The translations under genes were made by a program, and so were the position numbers. The notes under the pieces were generated by a model. That model was not told the origin of the DNA. It searched no databases and was given only the letters and a program-made list of their open reading frames with translations. Below are positions 1-12,200 of a stretch of DNA of 64,000 nucleotides, piece after piece. The DNA is from Phoronis australis (Eukaryota > Animalia > Phoronida). The stretch is from assembly GCA_002633005.1 (NCBI GenBank), contig NMRA01000537.1, forward strand, positions 231,935 to 295,934. Reading direction: 5' to 3'. How positions within the stretch are numbered: position 1 is the first letter of the stretch; each line of letters starts with the position of its first letter.

Positions 1-264
1 GTGATGACAGTTGATAGTGTTGCATCCGTGGCAGAGCTAGGATGTCACAAGGGGGGGGGCAACCAAACTTTGTAAAGAAACGTGTCGGCATAAGCCCTCA
101 AAACAGCATCCTCGTGGCATTGTTTTTTTCTGCTTCTGCTTTGTGTTGCGTCCATAAGAGTTGATCGCGTGTGTATATTAAGGTCCGTCAGAGTACCAAC
201 TGTTAGGTTACAGTCAGTACTTTTGACTACAATGTTAAAGATGTCGGTCCTCTTCCTCCCTTAG

Positions 265-3200
265 GTCATTTATCATAGAGCGTCAGCATCCACAGAACCT
301 GAAGCACATATCGAGTTCAAAGAAGGGTATCAAGTTTTCACTCCTTGTGAGGTAAGACGTAATTGTTGTGGTGATGTACTGCCATGTTCTCTGCCAACTA
401 TAGCTATATACTAATTGCCGTTTTCTGATGTAGGGACGATAATGAAATACGACTGTGCTTTAGTGCTAAATGGCATTTAAGAGTTCTTGATGGGCAACGT
501 TCAGTGCCATCTACAGTTCGCGTCCATGCTATAAACACTTCCACTAAATAAGATTGGTCCTATCCCCAATGGTCAAGGTAAACGGTGGGGTTTGGAAAAT
601 TGAACTAGACCGTATTTATCCACCTTGGCTGAGTCGTGCTCGGCTCACAATCAAAGGGATGCCGCCAAGCTGCTCTATTCATCGAGTCACGAGCGAGGAT
701 AATTGGCTTCGCTCATGCGGATATGATCAGCTGATTACAGTCTAACAGACTGTACTTTTTTGGAGAGATTTTTACGTAGTTTTAACTGTAGTATTTGAAA
801 AGAGGAGCGAAAACAAATACGAGTACAACTTTGAATTTTTCAAATCGGCCCAGGATAAGAGATTTTGCAACACAGCAACACTCACGATTACTTTCATTCG
901 GCGCGCACGAATACAAAAATATAGGACCCAAGTTATTTAGATTTTGGAACACATGCATTGCAATATTCAAAGTACGGTTATTATGAATCTTACAAGCTGC
1001 AAAACGACGTTGTTTAGTTTCATTGTGCTTATTCATTGTCATCCGTCAAATCGGCAATTTCCGAGATGTGATCTGCGGCGTGCGCGTATGTGTACAAAAG
1101 ACGTGATTGTTATGTTCCTGAAGTACGAAAATTAAGAAACTTTAGCATGCCGTTATTATTGACAGGGACACAATAAAACGATTTTGGATTTTGACTATAG
1201 TCTTGATACGGTGAGCTGGCTGACCACTGCGTCAGTGTCTCCGTTAGACCCAGAAATTTCACACAGCCCGGGTAGTTCACCTCGTCCCCAACATGTAGAT
1301 CGAGCCTTGGACTATTAAAATACTCCACGGTAGAGCTAACGACCGTCGGCCTGTGCACACAAAATCTGTGAGTTAACCAGCACTCACCTTGCACGTTGCA
1401 TATTTACAAAATGGCCACGAATGAAAGAAATTGCATTTCGTTCTTGTCAGCTTGCCCATCTTGTTCTCCAGAATTTCAAATTAGGTCAAGTGAAAGTGTC
1501 TTTCCTACCTCACAACACTAGAAAGTTTTATGTCAGATGCTAACTGCATCAAATGTGAAGATAATACAGAGGTTCGCCACATGCTTGACATAAAAACGAC
1601 CTAGCAATTTTTGTCGAAACGTCTTGTTTGTCGCAATGTTGTTGCAAAAGGTACCTTTTATGCATAGAGGGACACCTTAGGTAGCCGCTGATGTCTTCAA
1701 ACATTCCCACCTCAAACAAATACTCCAGCAATCAAACTTTTTTGAACAGTCCATCGTCCAGTTAACCAAAGCGGCCGTTTTTAACTTGCTCGCCTCAGGG
1801 GCTATAACATCATATTCCCTGACTTCGATGGTTTAATCAGTGCCGATATAATTTGCCAAAAAGCTTCCAGCATATAGAGGGCCTATGGGATAACCACCGT
1901 CTCTACTGGGTCCAGTTGAGACGGTGGTACCATGTAGCCAAAGGCCTGTTATTGTTGTCTTAATTATTCTGTGCATGCAATGGTATCTGAAGCTGCAAGA
2001 AAATGGATGTGATGTTTACCTTTCTGTGACTTGAATTTTACCCTCCTCATCCAAAACGCTTAACCGTAAAGGTGTCATAACCGGTAGCATGTACGCTGAT
2101 ACATTATCATTTAAGGTTCCTAGCTGGGAGCGTGCTGAAGGCGAACAGCAGGCCTGCTGTCACGGTAACATTCCATTGCGAGAAGAATCTATCGGACCTC
2201 CAGAGCCGTCAGAAGCACACGCATGGGAATGTACTGGTCAATGACAAAGGAAACGAAGCGTATCTGGAGTGCGAGGACAGTGAGGAGGGTAGATGGTGCA
2301 CAGATCTTACGGAAAATCTTAAGGTGAGTGTACAGTCCGTATGTGCCTGGGAGTAAGCTTACCCATGCGAGTCTACCCTCTGAGTATAGAGCCGTCCCTA
2401 ATTTTAAACCTCGTGATTGGGTAAATGACTGTCCCTCTTGCCTTGTAGTTTGCTTTGGATCAACCTGACGTATTTCACACGAGGTGTTACTTGGCAGGCT
2501 AGCTCAAAGCAGCCTTGGAAAGCAGATTCTGTCCTCATGTCTCCGCGAAACAGGATTTGGATTTTCATTTTTTTGCATTTTAAATGCACAAACGTAGAAG
2601 TCCATGAGTTTATGCCCTAAGGATCGCTATAACCCCACCAGTGTTTAAGTCCACCTCCAGTTTTCTTAAAACTCCCCAGTCACAAGCTAAGGTTGGACGA
2701 TACAGTTACTATTGGTGACTCAAGATGCAGGGCTTAGAATTTTCCTCTTCCCTCTTTTAAGAGGATTTTCTCCTTTTTGGTTTCAATTTCCTCTTACTTG
2801 ACTTCCAGTTTCCACTATTTGTCTTTTTTATCATTATTTTGATTTTATTCATGCAAAACCGTATATTTTTGTTAAATTTTACAATACAAAATATTGTTAT
2901 CACGCATGTCTATATATTTGTGAGACGATACATCACCTGGAAAATTTTCTTCTTTTTGTCAATGATCATTCTGAGCCCTGTAGATGAACACTCTTATTGA
3001 TATCAGAAGGGATGAACACTCTTATTGATATCAGAAGGGATGAACACTCTTATTGATATCAGAAGGGATGAACACTCTTATTGATATCAGAAGGGATGAA
3101 CACTCTTATTGATATCAGAAGGGATGAACACTCTTATTGATATCAGAAGGAAATGAGGTATTTCGTGGAAGTTATAACAGCCACTGAACCCTCCTTCCGT

Positions 3201-6200
3201 AACAAAAACCGACGTTTAATTTAGATATCACTTACCGTTAGTCAACTGATATCAAATTTTTCCTCAGTCAAAGCAGATGTGATTTCAAGACTTTTGAAGA
3301 CAGAAGGTCCGTTATTGTTCGAGACCAGGCTCCAAAAGTTGGCCTTTTTGCAGCGCTTTAATTTATGCTCCTAGCTGGGTTTCAAGAAATATAAAATTTC
3401 TGGTTCTTTTGCAAGCCCAGAATTCACCTTCTATCACAACAAGGAACAAGATGAAACTGTGATTAATCCTTATAAATTAAATGTTGAAATTTTTGATAGA
3501 ATGCAGGTTTATTGCTGCTTTATCTCTCATTTTACATCGTGTTTGGATCTGACTCGTTTGTTATGGTAATAGTTATCTGCCTTACATAGTACAATTGTAA
3601 TCATATTGATGTTCTGTTTCTTCAGATTATCGCCTTTAGAAAGTGCGACGAAAAGAAATCCACAGAGGAGGTGTCCGAGCGGAAATATGGCTTCAGAGTG
3701 GAGACAACGGTAGAAGTAGAGGTTCTGAGAGCAAAAAAAATAAAACTGGAGGTATGAAGAGTGGGACTAAACCTTGTGTTTTTAGGTAATATGTAAGGCC
3801 CCAGAACATGGCCTGAATTTGACCAACTTTGGGACATCATAACTTAGAAATGTTGGTTTCATGTGAATCTTTCAGATGCTGTGCTTTATGCATTGTTCTT
3901 CAAAACGCTTTGTGACTTAGCAACAGCATTTGACAAAATTTGTTTTAACTCACAGCTTTGATATCGGTCCTTTTCAGTTCTCTGACCTATTGGAGGATTT
4001 GTCATTTCACGAGACACACATCTACTGATAAGACAATGTGTGTGTAGTTGTTTTTTGTCGGCCTGAAAGAGTTCATGGAACTAGAAGGGGCAACGTAAAA
4101 ACCAAAATAGTGAACTGGGCTTGAAACATGTCTCCAACAAAGCTCATTATTTATTGTGTAAGTGTTGAAATTGTTTTGTGAAAACAGTTGTGATTCATTT
4201 GTCAATTTGTAAACATTATTATGGAACAAACACCCACTGTGCTGTGATTGGCTTTTTAAAAAGTTTTTTAAACGGAATTGATATTAGTTATGTTAGACCT
4301 GTTGATATTAGTTATGTTAGACCTGTGTACGGTAAGTAGATGATGTTGAGCCTTGATCCTTTTCAGGCGGTAACACTTCCTGTAATCATAACTACTCAGA
4401 CGTCACAAGATTGCAATGCCACTGCCACTCTGCTCTGGGACAGTGCATTCGCTGAACCTGTAAGTGCTGCCCTCTCTCACACATTCCAGAACTTATTAAA
4501 TCGGATGTAGTACCAAGGACTCTGTTTACTAATTGAGTAATAGTTCATTTTTTGGGTAAAAGAAAATGATCCTACTGAGTTGTGAATTCAGTGTATGGTG
4601 AAATCATGCCAATTTTTACAGAAGTATTTGCCAAAAATGCCTTTTTCGTTATGCACCCGCACTGTGGAATGAGTATCCCGACACAGTATTGCGTACAAAC
4701 ACAAAAGGCCTGCTTGACAAGTTTCTTCGAGCGTGATTCTGGATTAGATCATGATAGTGGAAATTTCTTGATTTTTTCACTCCAGGAGAGTGGTACGTAA
4801 CGTTCAATTTTCAGTAGCTTGTAATGTTGTTGCAGATGTTCAAGTTGTTGAAAATGTTGTCCAAAGGTAGCTATGGTGCTGAATTATCAACATGGAAAAG
4901 CATTTAACTTCAGTTGGCTCTACATGTCTTTTACAAAAATGGGATGAAAATTTCACTTGTTATGTGTGCTCCGAAATGGTTTGATTTTACCGTGGCGTTG
5001 GTCTCTCACTCATTGAAGAAAAACTGAAAGTGATAAAAATTGTTTATAGGCATGGAAAACTCGGGGGAAAACAAAGTGACACTCATGAAAAAGTTGGGAA
5101 AAGTTTCACGAGATTAAAGACTTTTTACTTTACAAGACATCAGGAAGTGATACATTCATTATTAAGCTAGGTGACTACTATTAGCAAAAATACTAATAGT
5201 CTCTACTTTTGTTGGAAAATAAATCATGGAAAATGAAAAATTTTCAACCTGAAATACGTATGGACATGAAAATGCCTTTTTTGCCATGTCGTGAACACAT
5301 CCACTAAAACAAGAAACTGTAGGAACACCGCATTTATCCACCTTCACTCTTATCAGGCTTCTATTGTGAGTCAGTACGCGTGAATAATTGGCTGATAAGC
5401 CACCTCTGGAACTACTTTTGGCTGAATGGATGACCAGGCCATAAAATGATAATTAGCCAAGACCAGTTACTATAATGCAACAAAGAAAAATGTCTTGCAT
5501 CACCTAGCCTTGGTGGAAAGCTGTATACTGTATNACACATTCCAGAACTTATTAAATCGGATGTAGTACCAAGGACTCTGTTTACTAATTGAGTAATAGT
5601 TCATTTTTTGGGTAAAAGAAAATGATCCTACTGAGTTGTGAATTCAGTGTATGGTGAAATCATGCCAATTTTTACAGAAGTATTTGCCAAAAATGCCTTT
5701 TTCGTTATGCACCCGCACTGTGGAATGAGTATCCCGACACAGTATTGCGTACAAACACAAAAGGCCTGCTTGACAAGTTTCTTCGAGCGTGATTCTGGAT
5801 TAGATCATGATAGTGGAAATTTCTTGATTTCTTCACTCCAGGAGAGTGGTACGTAATGTTCAATTTTCAGTAGCTTGTAATGTTGTTGCAGATGTTTAAG
5901 TTGTTGAAAATGTTGTCCAAAGGTAGCTATGGTGCTGAATTATCAACATGGAAAAGCATTTAACTTCAGTTGGCTCTACATGTCTTTTACAAAAATGGGA
6001 TGAAAATTTCACTTGTTATGTGTGCTCCGAAATGGTTTGATTTTACCGTGGCGTTGGTCTCTCACTCATTGAAGAAAAACTGAAAGTGATAAAAATTGTT
6101 TATAGGCATGGAAAACTCGGGGGGAAAACAAAGTGACACTCATGAAAAAGTTGGGAAAAGTTTCACGAGATTAAAGACTTTTTATTTTACAAGACATCAG

Positions 6201-9200
6201 GAAGTGATACATTCATTATTAAGCTAGGTGACTACTATTAGCAAAAATACTAATAGTCTCTACTTTTGTTGGAAAATAAATCATGGAAAATGAAATTTTT
6301 TCAACCTGAAATATGTATGGACATGAAAATGCCTTTTTTGCAGTATTTTAAAAAAATTTGTTTACATAATTGTGGTCCAAGGTACAGTTGAGGTTTTAAG
6401 ACAAGTTGACAGATAGCATGACTGTAGTATACTCACTTAAATTAGATCCAACCTAATTAATAAATTTGTCAGTGTAGTAAACTCACTTAAATCAGATCCA
6501 ACCTAATTGATAAATTTGTCTGTGTGTATTTAGTGCAATCTCTCATTTGAAGACCTAGTGCATGAACCTTAAGTGAAGATATGACTTTTTACTGTAATTA
6601 TTACAAAAGTAGAGTAAATTTGAACAGTGTAAATGGAGTGGAATTGAAAGTATGTGATAAGCACGTTACCTGGGTGATATACTACAGGGCCGACAGTGTT
6701 ACTATGTCCCCGACCGTGTACCCTGGCCCAAGCTGGCAAGTGTACTCAGCAGGAGATTTAAGGCGACAACGGGGCGGGGCTTGGATGCGCACCAAAAGCA
6801 ATGCCTGGCTAAGAAACTCTGTGGTAAGTGGAACTGTTCAGTGATTAACTAGTTTGAGTTGTGATACTTTAATCATTTGAAATGCCCTAAAAACTTGATA
6901 AGGTTTACCTGGCAAGTGGCCTCCAGCGTTTTGGCAACTATAGATTATGCCTAAAATTTTTTGTTCTGTGAACATTGAGGCTTTGCGCATCCTGAAAAGT
7001 ATACTCGTGTAATGAGCTTAGGAACCTTGAAATAAGAGTGCATAATATATCAACAGGAGAATACCTCGTAGACTGTCAAAGCCAGAATGTTGTCACCCCC
7101 TCCCGCGCCCCCAAGGTTGAGCACAGCGCACTTTTGTGTTAACATTTTATGCGATTTGTAGGAAATAAAAAAACCGACTATCAGAGAAATGGAAATGGCA
7201 CGGTCACATGGGCTGCTTTCAATAAGGTATTATGTCTTTTAACATCTTCCACTAGTTGTAAATGGTAAAATTTAACTTGCACTTTTGAATTAGAATGGTG
7301 CAGCAGTGCCTGTGTATCATTTTTACTAAAGTCAAAATTTTTGAAATCCGGTTGTGTACAAAAAAGATCAATGTCTTAAATGGCAATTAGTGTTTCAGAC
7401 TTATGTGACATTGAAAAGTTAACACACTGCTACAGAGTTGGACAATCAAGTTAAAAGTTTGTTGACCAATGTTGACTTTTCTGTGTTATGCATTAAAAGG
7501 ATACTAAACCTTATTTTGGGGATTTCGACGGATCCTCATTCCGTTCTCAGTAATGCACCTGTAACTTCCGGGCTTGAATGACAAAAGCAGGATTTAACGA
7601 AAAACATGTGCTCACTGTGTCACAAAATGGATTGTGCAGTGATTGGTGGGTGATCTTTCCCTTCAGTTGTTGTGTAATTTGCCTGAAGCTGTATAAGTCT
7701 TGCTTGCCCATTTAGCAGAATGTGTAAGGAATTTCTTAAATTTGCGCCAAACTTTTGAAGGTTGACGAATGTTTCGGAGACTTATTTTGTTTTTCAAGGC
7801 AGAATGGCAAAGTCGTTGTTAACATTCTGTAATAGGCCAAGACCGGATTTTGTATCCTTTTAACTTCTCTCTGTTCCTTTTGCTGGATTGAATCTGTACA
7901 ATTCCTGGTTGTGCTTGAGTGTTCATGATTGTAAAATTAACTAAAAAATCCGCCTCCATTACAGACGAAGATGTGTAAGGATTTCACCTTCTGGAGATGG
8001 TTCTATGCTGTCAATAATTTGGTGAAGAAACATCTGAAGAAGCCGTGGCAGGATGGGTGAGTCATGGTCTAGCTCTCTGTTATCAATTCGTTTTTTCCCT
8101 CTAGGGTGCGCTGCTGTTGTTTTTATGTATTGTTTATTTGTTGGGCAGTTTTTAGCTTGTAAACATCCAGTGACATCACTGATAGCTTTTAGAAGTGTAA
8201 ACTGATTTGTAATACGCGTTTCAGGTGTTGAGATTTGAACAGCGTGATTGAATGATGCGTGCCACAGAAATCTTGTGTGCATAAAATATTTCTAATCTAT
8301 GTTTGAATGCAATGCATTTCTCTTATAGGATTTTATTTACATATGGTGACTCATGCTTTCAATTCTGATACACTCAAATAATGAGTGTTTATTTCTGCAA
8401 TATTGTTTCCATGTCCCCAAGTTGTCTGTGATGTCACCAGATGTTCACAAGCCAGCAAAAGTCCCTTAATGCATTTGGCAAACGACAGTAGATGAAATCG
8501 TTCAAATTGTTATAATTTTGGATATTAATATTTCACTGTAGTTACACTGCATTTTAATTAATTAAGGTTTTGGCATTTTTATTTTTCAACTTTTCACATG
8601 TCTTGTGTCTACTTTTTTTCTTTTTGTAACATTCAAATGGAGGAAATTGTTTAATTTCGCTGAAGCATTTTTCTGTTGGCGCCATCTTTTACATGCTATG
8701 AACATTCCCACTAAATAAGATTGGTTCTAACCCCAGTGGTTAAGGTAAACGGTGGGGTATGGAAAAATGAACTAGACCGTATTTATCCACCTTGGCTAAG
8801 TCGCGCTTGGCTCACGATCAAAGAGATGCCGCCAAGCTGCTCTAGTCATCGAGTCACGAGCGAGGATAATTGGCTTCGCTCATGCGGATATGATCAGCTG
8901 ATTACAATCTAGCTAGCAGACTGTACTTTTTATGGAGAGAGTTTTACGTAGTTTTTACTGTAATATCTGAAAAGAGGAGCGAAAACAAATATGAGTACAA
9001 CTTTGAATTTTTCAAATCGGCCCAGGATAAGAGATTTTGCAACACAGCAACACTCACGATTACTTTCATTCTGCGCGCACTAATACAAAAATATAGGANN
9101 NNNNNNNNNNNNNNNNNNNNNNNNNNNNNNNNNNNNNNNNNNNNNNNNNNNNNNNNNNNNNNNNNNNNNNNNNNNNNNNNNNNNNNNNNNNNNNNNNNNN

Positions 9201-12200
9201 NNNNNNNNNNNNNNNNNNNNNNNNNNNNNNNNNNNNNNNNNNNNNNNNNNNNNNNNNNNNNNNNNNNNNNNNNNNNNNNNNNNNNNNNNNNNNNNNNNNN
9301 NNNNNNNNNNNNNNNNNNNNNNNNNNNNNNNNNNNNNNNNNNNNNNNNNNNNNNNNNNNNNNNNNNNNNNNNNNNNNNNNNNNNNNNNNNNNNNNNNNNN
9401 NNNNNNNNNNNNNNNNNNNNNNNNNAGTACAAGTTTTCCTATTGACGATCGCGATTCAGCGACGCATCAGTCGGCAAGTTTTCGCCCTGTGATGAGCACA
9501 ATTTTTTGAAAAATTATCGTAATTTAACAACGGAAGTTGATAGCAATGCACCACAATTTTGTAGAAAGGCTGTCATATTCTACAAATACGTCACAGAGCG
9601 TAAATTTGATGAATCCTAGCTTCCGATTTTACCCGTTTGGGAAACCGGGTTTCAACTGCCGTAGGCTCACTACAATAAGCGTCCCCTCCCCGTGAAATGA
9701 ATTTTTATAAGCGTTTGTTTGAGCCAATACAGTATACAGCTTTCCACCAAGGCTAGGTGATGCAAGACATTATTCTTTGTTGCATTATAGTAACTGGTCT
9801 TGGCTAATTATCATTTTATGGCTTGTTCATCCATTCAGCCAAAACTAGTTCCAGAGGTGGCTTATCAGCCAATTATTCACGCATGCTGACTCACAATAGA
9901 AGCCTGATAAGAGTGAAGGTGGATAAATGCCGTGTTCCTACAGTTTCTTGTTTTAGTGGATGTGTTCACGACATGTAATCCACCGTTCCATCAACACTAA
10001 GTCATTTAATTCCATTATTTCTCTACTTGTTTCGCACAGAATAATTAGATATATTTGCCTGATAGTCAGGGTGTGCCAAATAAACTGAATATTTCCTGAC
10101 TTTGTAGTTGACCGGTATGTAACCAAGCATTGCCGACAGCCCGTGTGTGAATTAAACGAAATGCGGCCTCCGGGTTGCCAACATGATAAAGTTAACAGTA
10201 ATTAAATTGCGTTATCGTGTTCCAATATAAGAGTACTTAATCCTATCATTGGTGCAACACTCGTTGAGCATAAATGGCAGAGTGACACTGCTGTGGATGA
10301 ACTTGGAATCTTGCTTAATCTCAAGATTGCGTACGCGTGAACTTGGAATACATGAAGAAACTCGACAAGTTCACTCAAATAATCAGGTTCATGTGGATAA
10401 AAATTTGCACTGCACTGAACCAAATTATATGTTATTATTAAAATAATGTAAAATTCAACTAATCTTTTTTCAGCTATTGGCGATTATATTCACCAAACAA
10501 TAATTGTTTTAACCAATCATAAACTCCTCCGATTCTTTGACACAAGTTACGGTTAAGGAGAAAATGAGTGATTATGAGGCCAATAATTACAAAAGTTCTT
10601 TACACTGAACAAAAAATTTCACCTGATTGCCCAAATATATGTTCAATTTTCAAGTTCACGCATACGCCATCTTGAGATTAAGCAGGATTCCAAGTTCAGA
10701 CACATGCAGCAACACCGCACTCTTCTTTTTCACCCCTTGCACCTCTTATTTACAATGGCGTGAGATTCTAGCATTCGAGTGGATGAATTTAGTGGAGAAT
10801 ATGCAATTTTCAGACCTTGTTAATGTATTCTGAGGTGCATATTAGTAGAATTAGTGACAAAGGGCTTTTCAGTGTAAGTTGTTTTACAAAGTACATAACT
10901 GACTGTGTTCGAATTAGGTGAGGTAAAAGAAATTCCCACCAAGTAGTCTTGTGTGGAATATGTGACGTACAAAATAATTTCGAGTGTGCGAAATGAGGTG
11001 AGTGTGCAAAATTAGTGGAGAATTACCGTATCCAACAAGGCCTAATGTGGCCAATTGGTGTTATGCTTAACTGACTCATTTATGGTTTCATTAATCTTGG
11101 TAGCCATTCAGTTAGTTCTCCACTATCAGTCTGGTAGAGCAATCATGTCTTAGTCTCTTTTACACAAGTTTATTCATTTACTTACAACTGGTGCCATCTT
11201 TTGTTCACAGGCTCAAATATCCTCTTACAACTTGTGCCATCTTTTGTTCACAGGCTCAAATATCCTCTTACAACTGGCGCCATCTTTTGTTCACAGGCTC
11301 ATCCATGGCTTCATTGATAAGGCAGAGGTGAAGGAGAAGTTAAGGGAAGAAGGACTCAAGAGTGGCACATTCATTCTGCGGTTCAGCGAAAAAAATATCG
11401 AAGACAACCAGAGCACTCACTTCGGCGGCGGGCTGTGCGTGGCCTACATGGAAAAGAGTGAGGGTTAGTCTTTACAATTGGAATGATTTGAGTCTCTTGT
11501 TCAATGCCTTTCAGAAAGCAGAAATTGTAAGTCATTGGTACAACTGTGAATTTGTATACCTTGTTAAATTATTATTCATCATCCGGTTTGGATACAATGT
11601 TTTTGAAGAGAAGGCAAACCTTCCTTTTGGGCGTTCCATCAGGTGGGCTTATCTACGGAAACAAGTGGTTGAGTTTTTGCACACACGAGTATTAGATGCT
11701 AAATTGAACTTTTTCTGCTCTTTGTGTCTAGCCATTCACAATCTGCTGATTGTTTTTGTTAAGGAGGTGGCGTTCCACAGCTTTGCTGGTGAAATTTCAG
11801 AATGCAAGCAAATGGAATTGCAAGGATGTTCCTGTTAGTTGCAGTTATATTTAATCAACTTAGGGCACAACATGGCGGACTAGTGAAATTTATGTTTTCC
11901 TTAAAAGCTTAAGTTTAATCAGAAAAAAACCTGCACTAAGTTCTGTAACATAGAGTCAATGTTTTGACATGATTGAATTGCGGACATTGACAACAGTTTT
12001 TGAAAAACGTAAAACAGGCTATTGTAGCCGGTCATTCTTTTTGTCCAAAATTGGTGACATTTTACACCAGATGGCACAATTTGTTCCATTTTGCTTGCGG
12101 ATTACAATCATGTCGTTTTATTGTCAGGAGGCCACACTGAGATCGAGTTTGTGTACCCATTCATGGCATCCGAGTTTGAGCAGACGCCATTCTGCAAGTA

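Noticed and set aside
554-745. Duplicated 63-aa ORF (also 8721..8912) as a small gene family
   Set aside because: It lies inside repeat copies within STAT introns, has a non-ATG start and shows no recognisable domain.
2983-3150. CRISPR-like 28-bp repeats
   Set aside because: The units are contiguous with no spacers, there are no cas genes, and the context is a eukaryotic intron; this is a minisatellite.
4582-5856. Two near-identical 72-aa ORFs
   Set aside because: Product of the haplotype-overlap duplication; intronic and without homology I can recognise.
8944-9432. 162-aa ORF
   Set aside because: Artefact of reading through the N gap.
11216-11266. ATATCCT resembling a U12 AT-AC donor inside the 43-bp repeat
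   Set aside because: The match is imperfect (ATATCCTC), I find no paired U12 branch site or AC acceptor, and the GT-AG model already gives a continuous frame.
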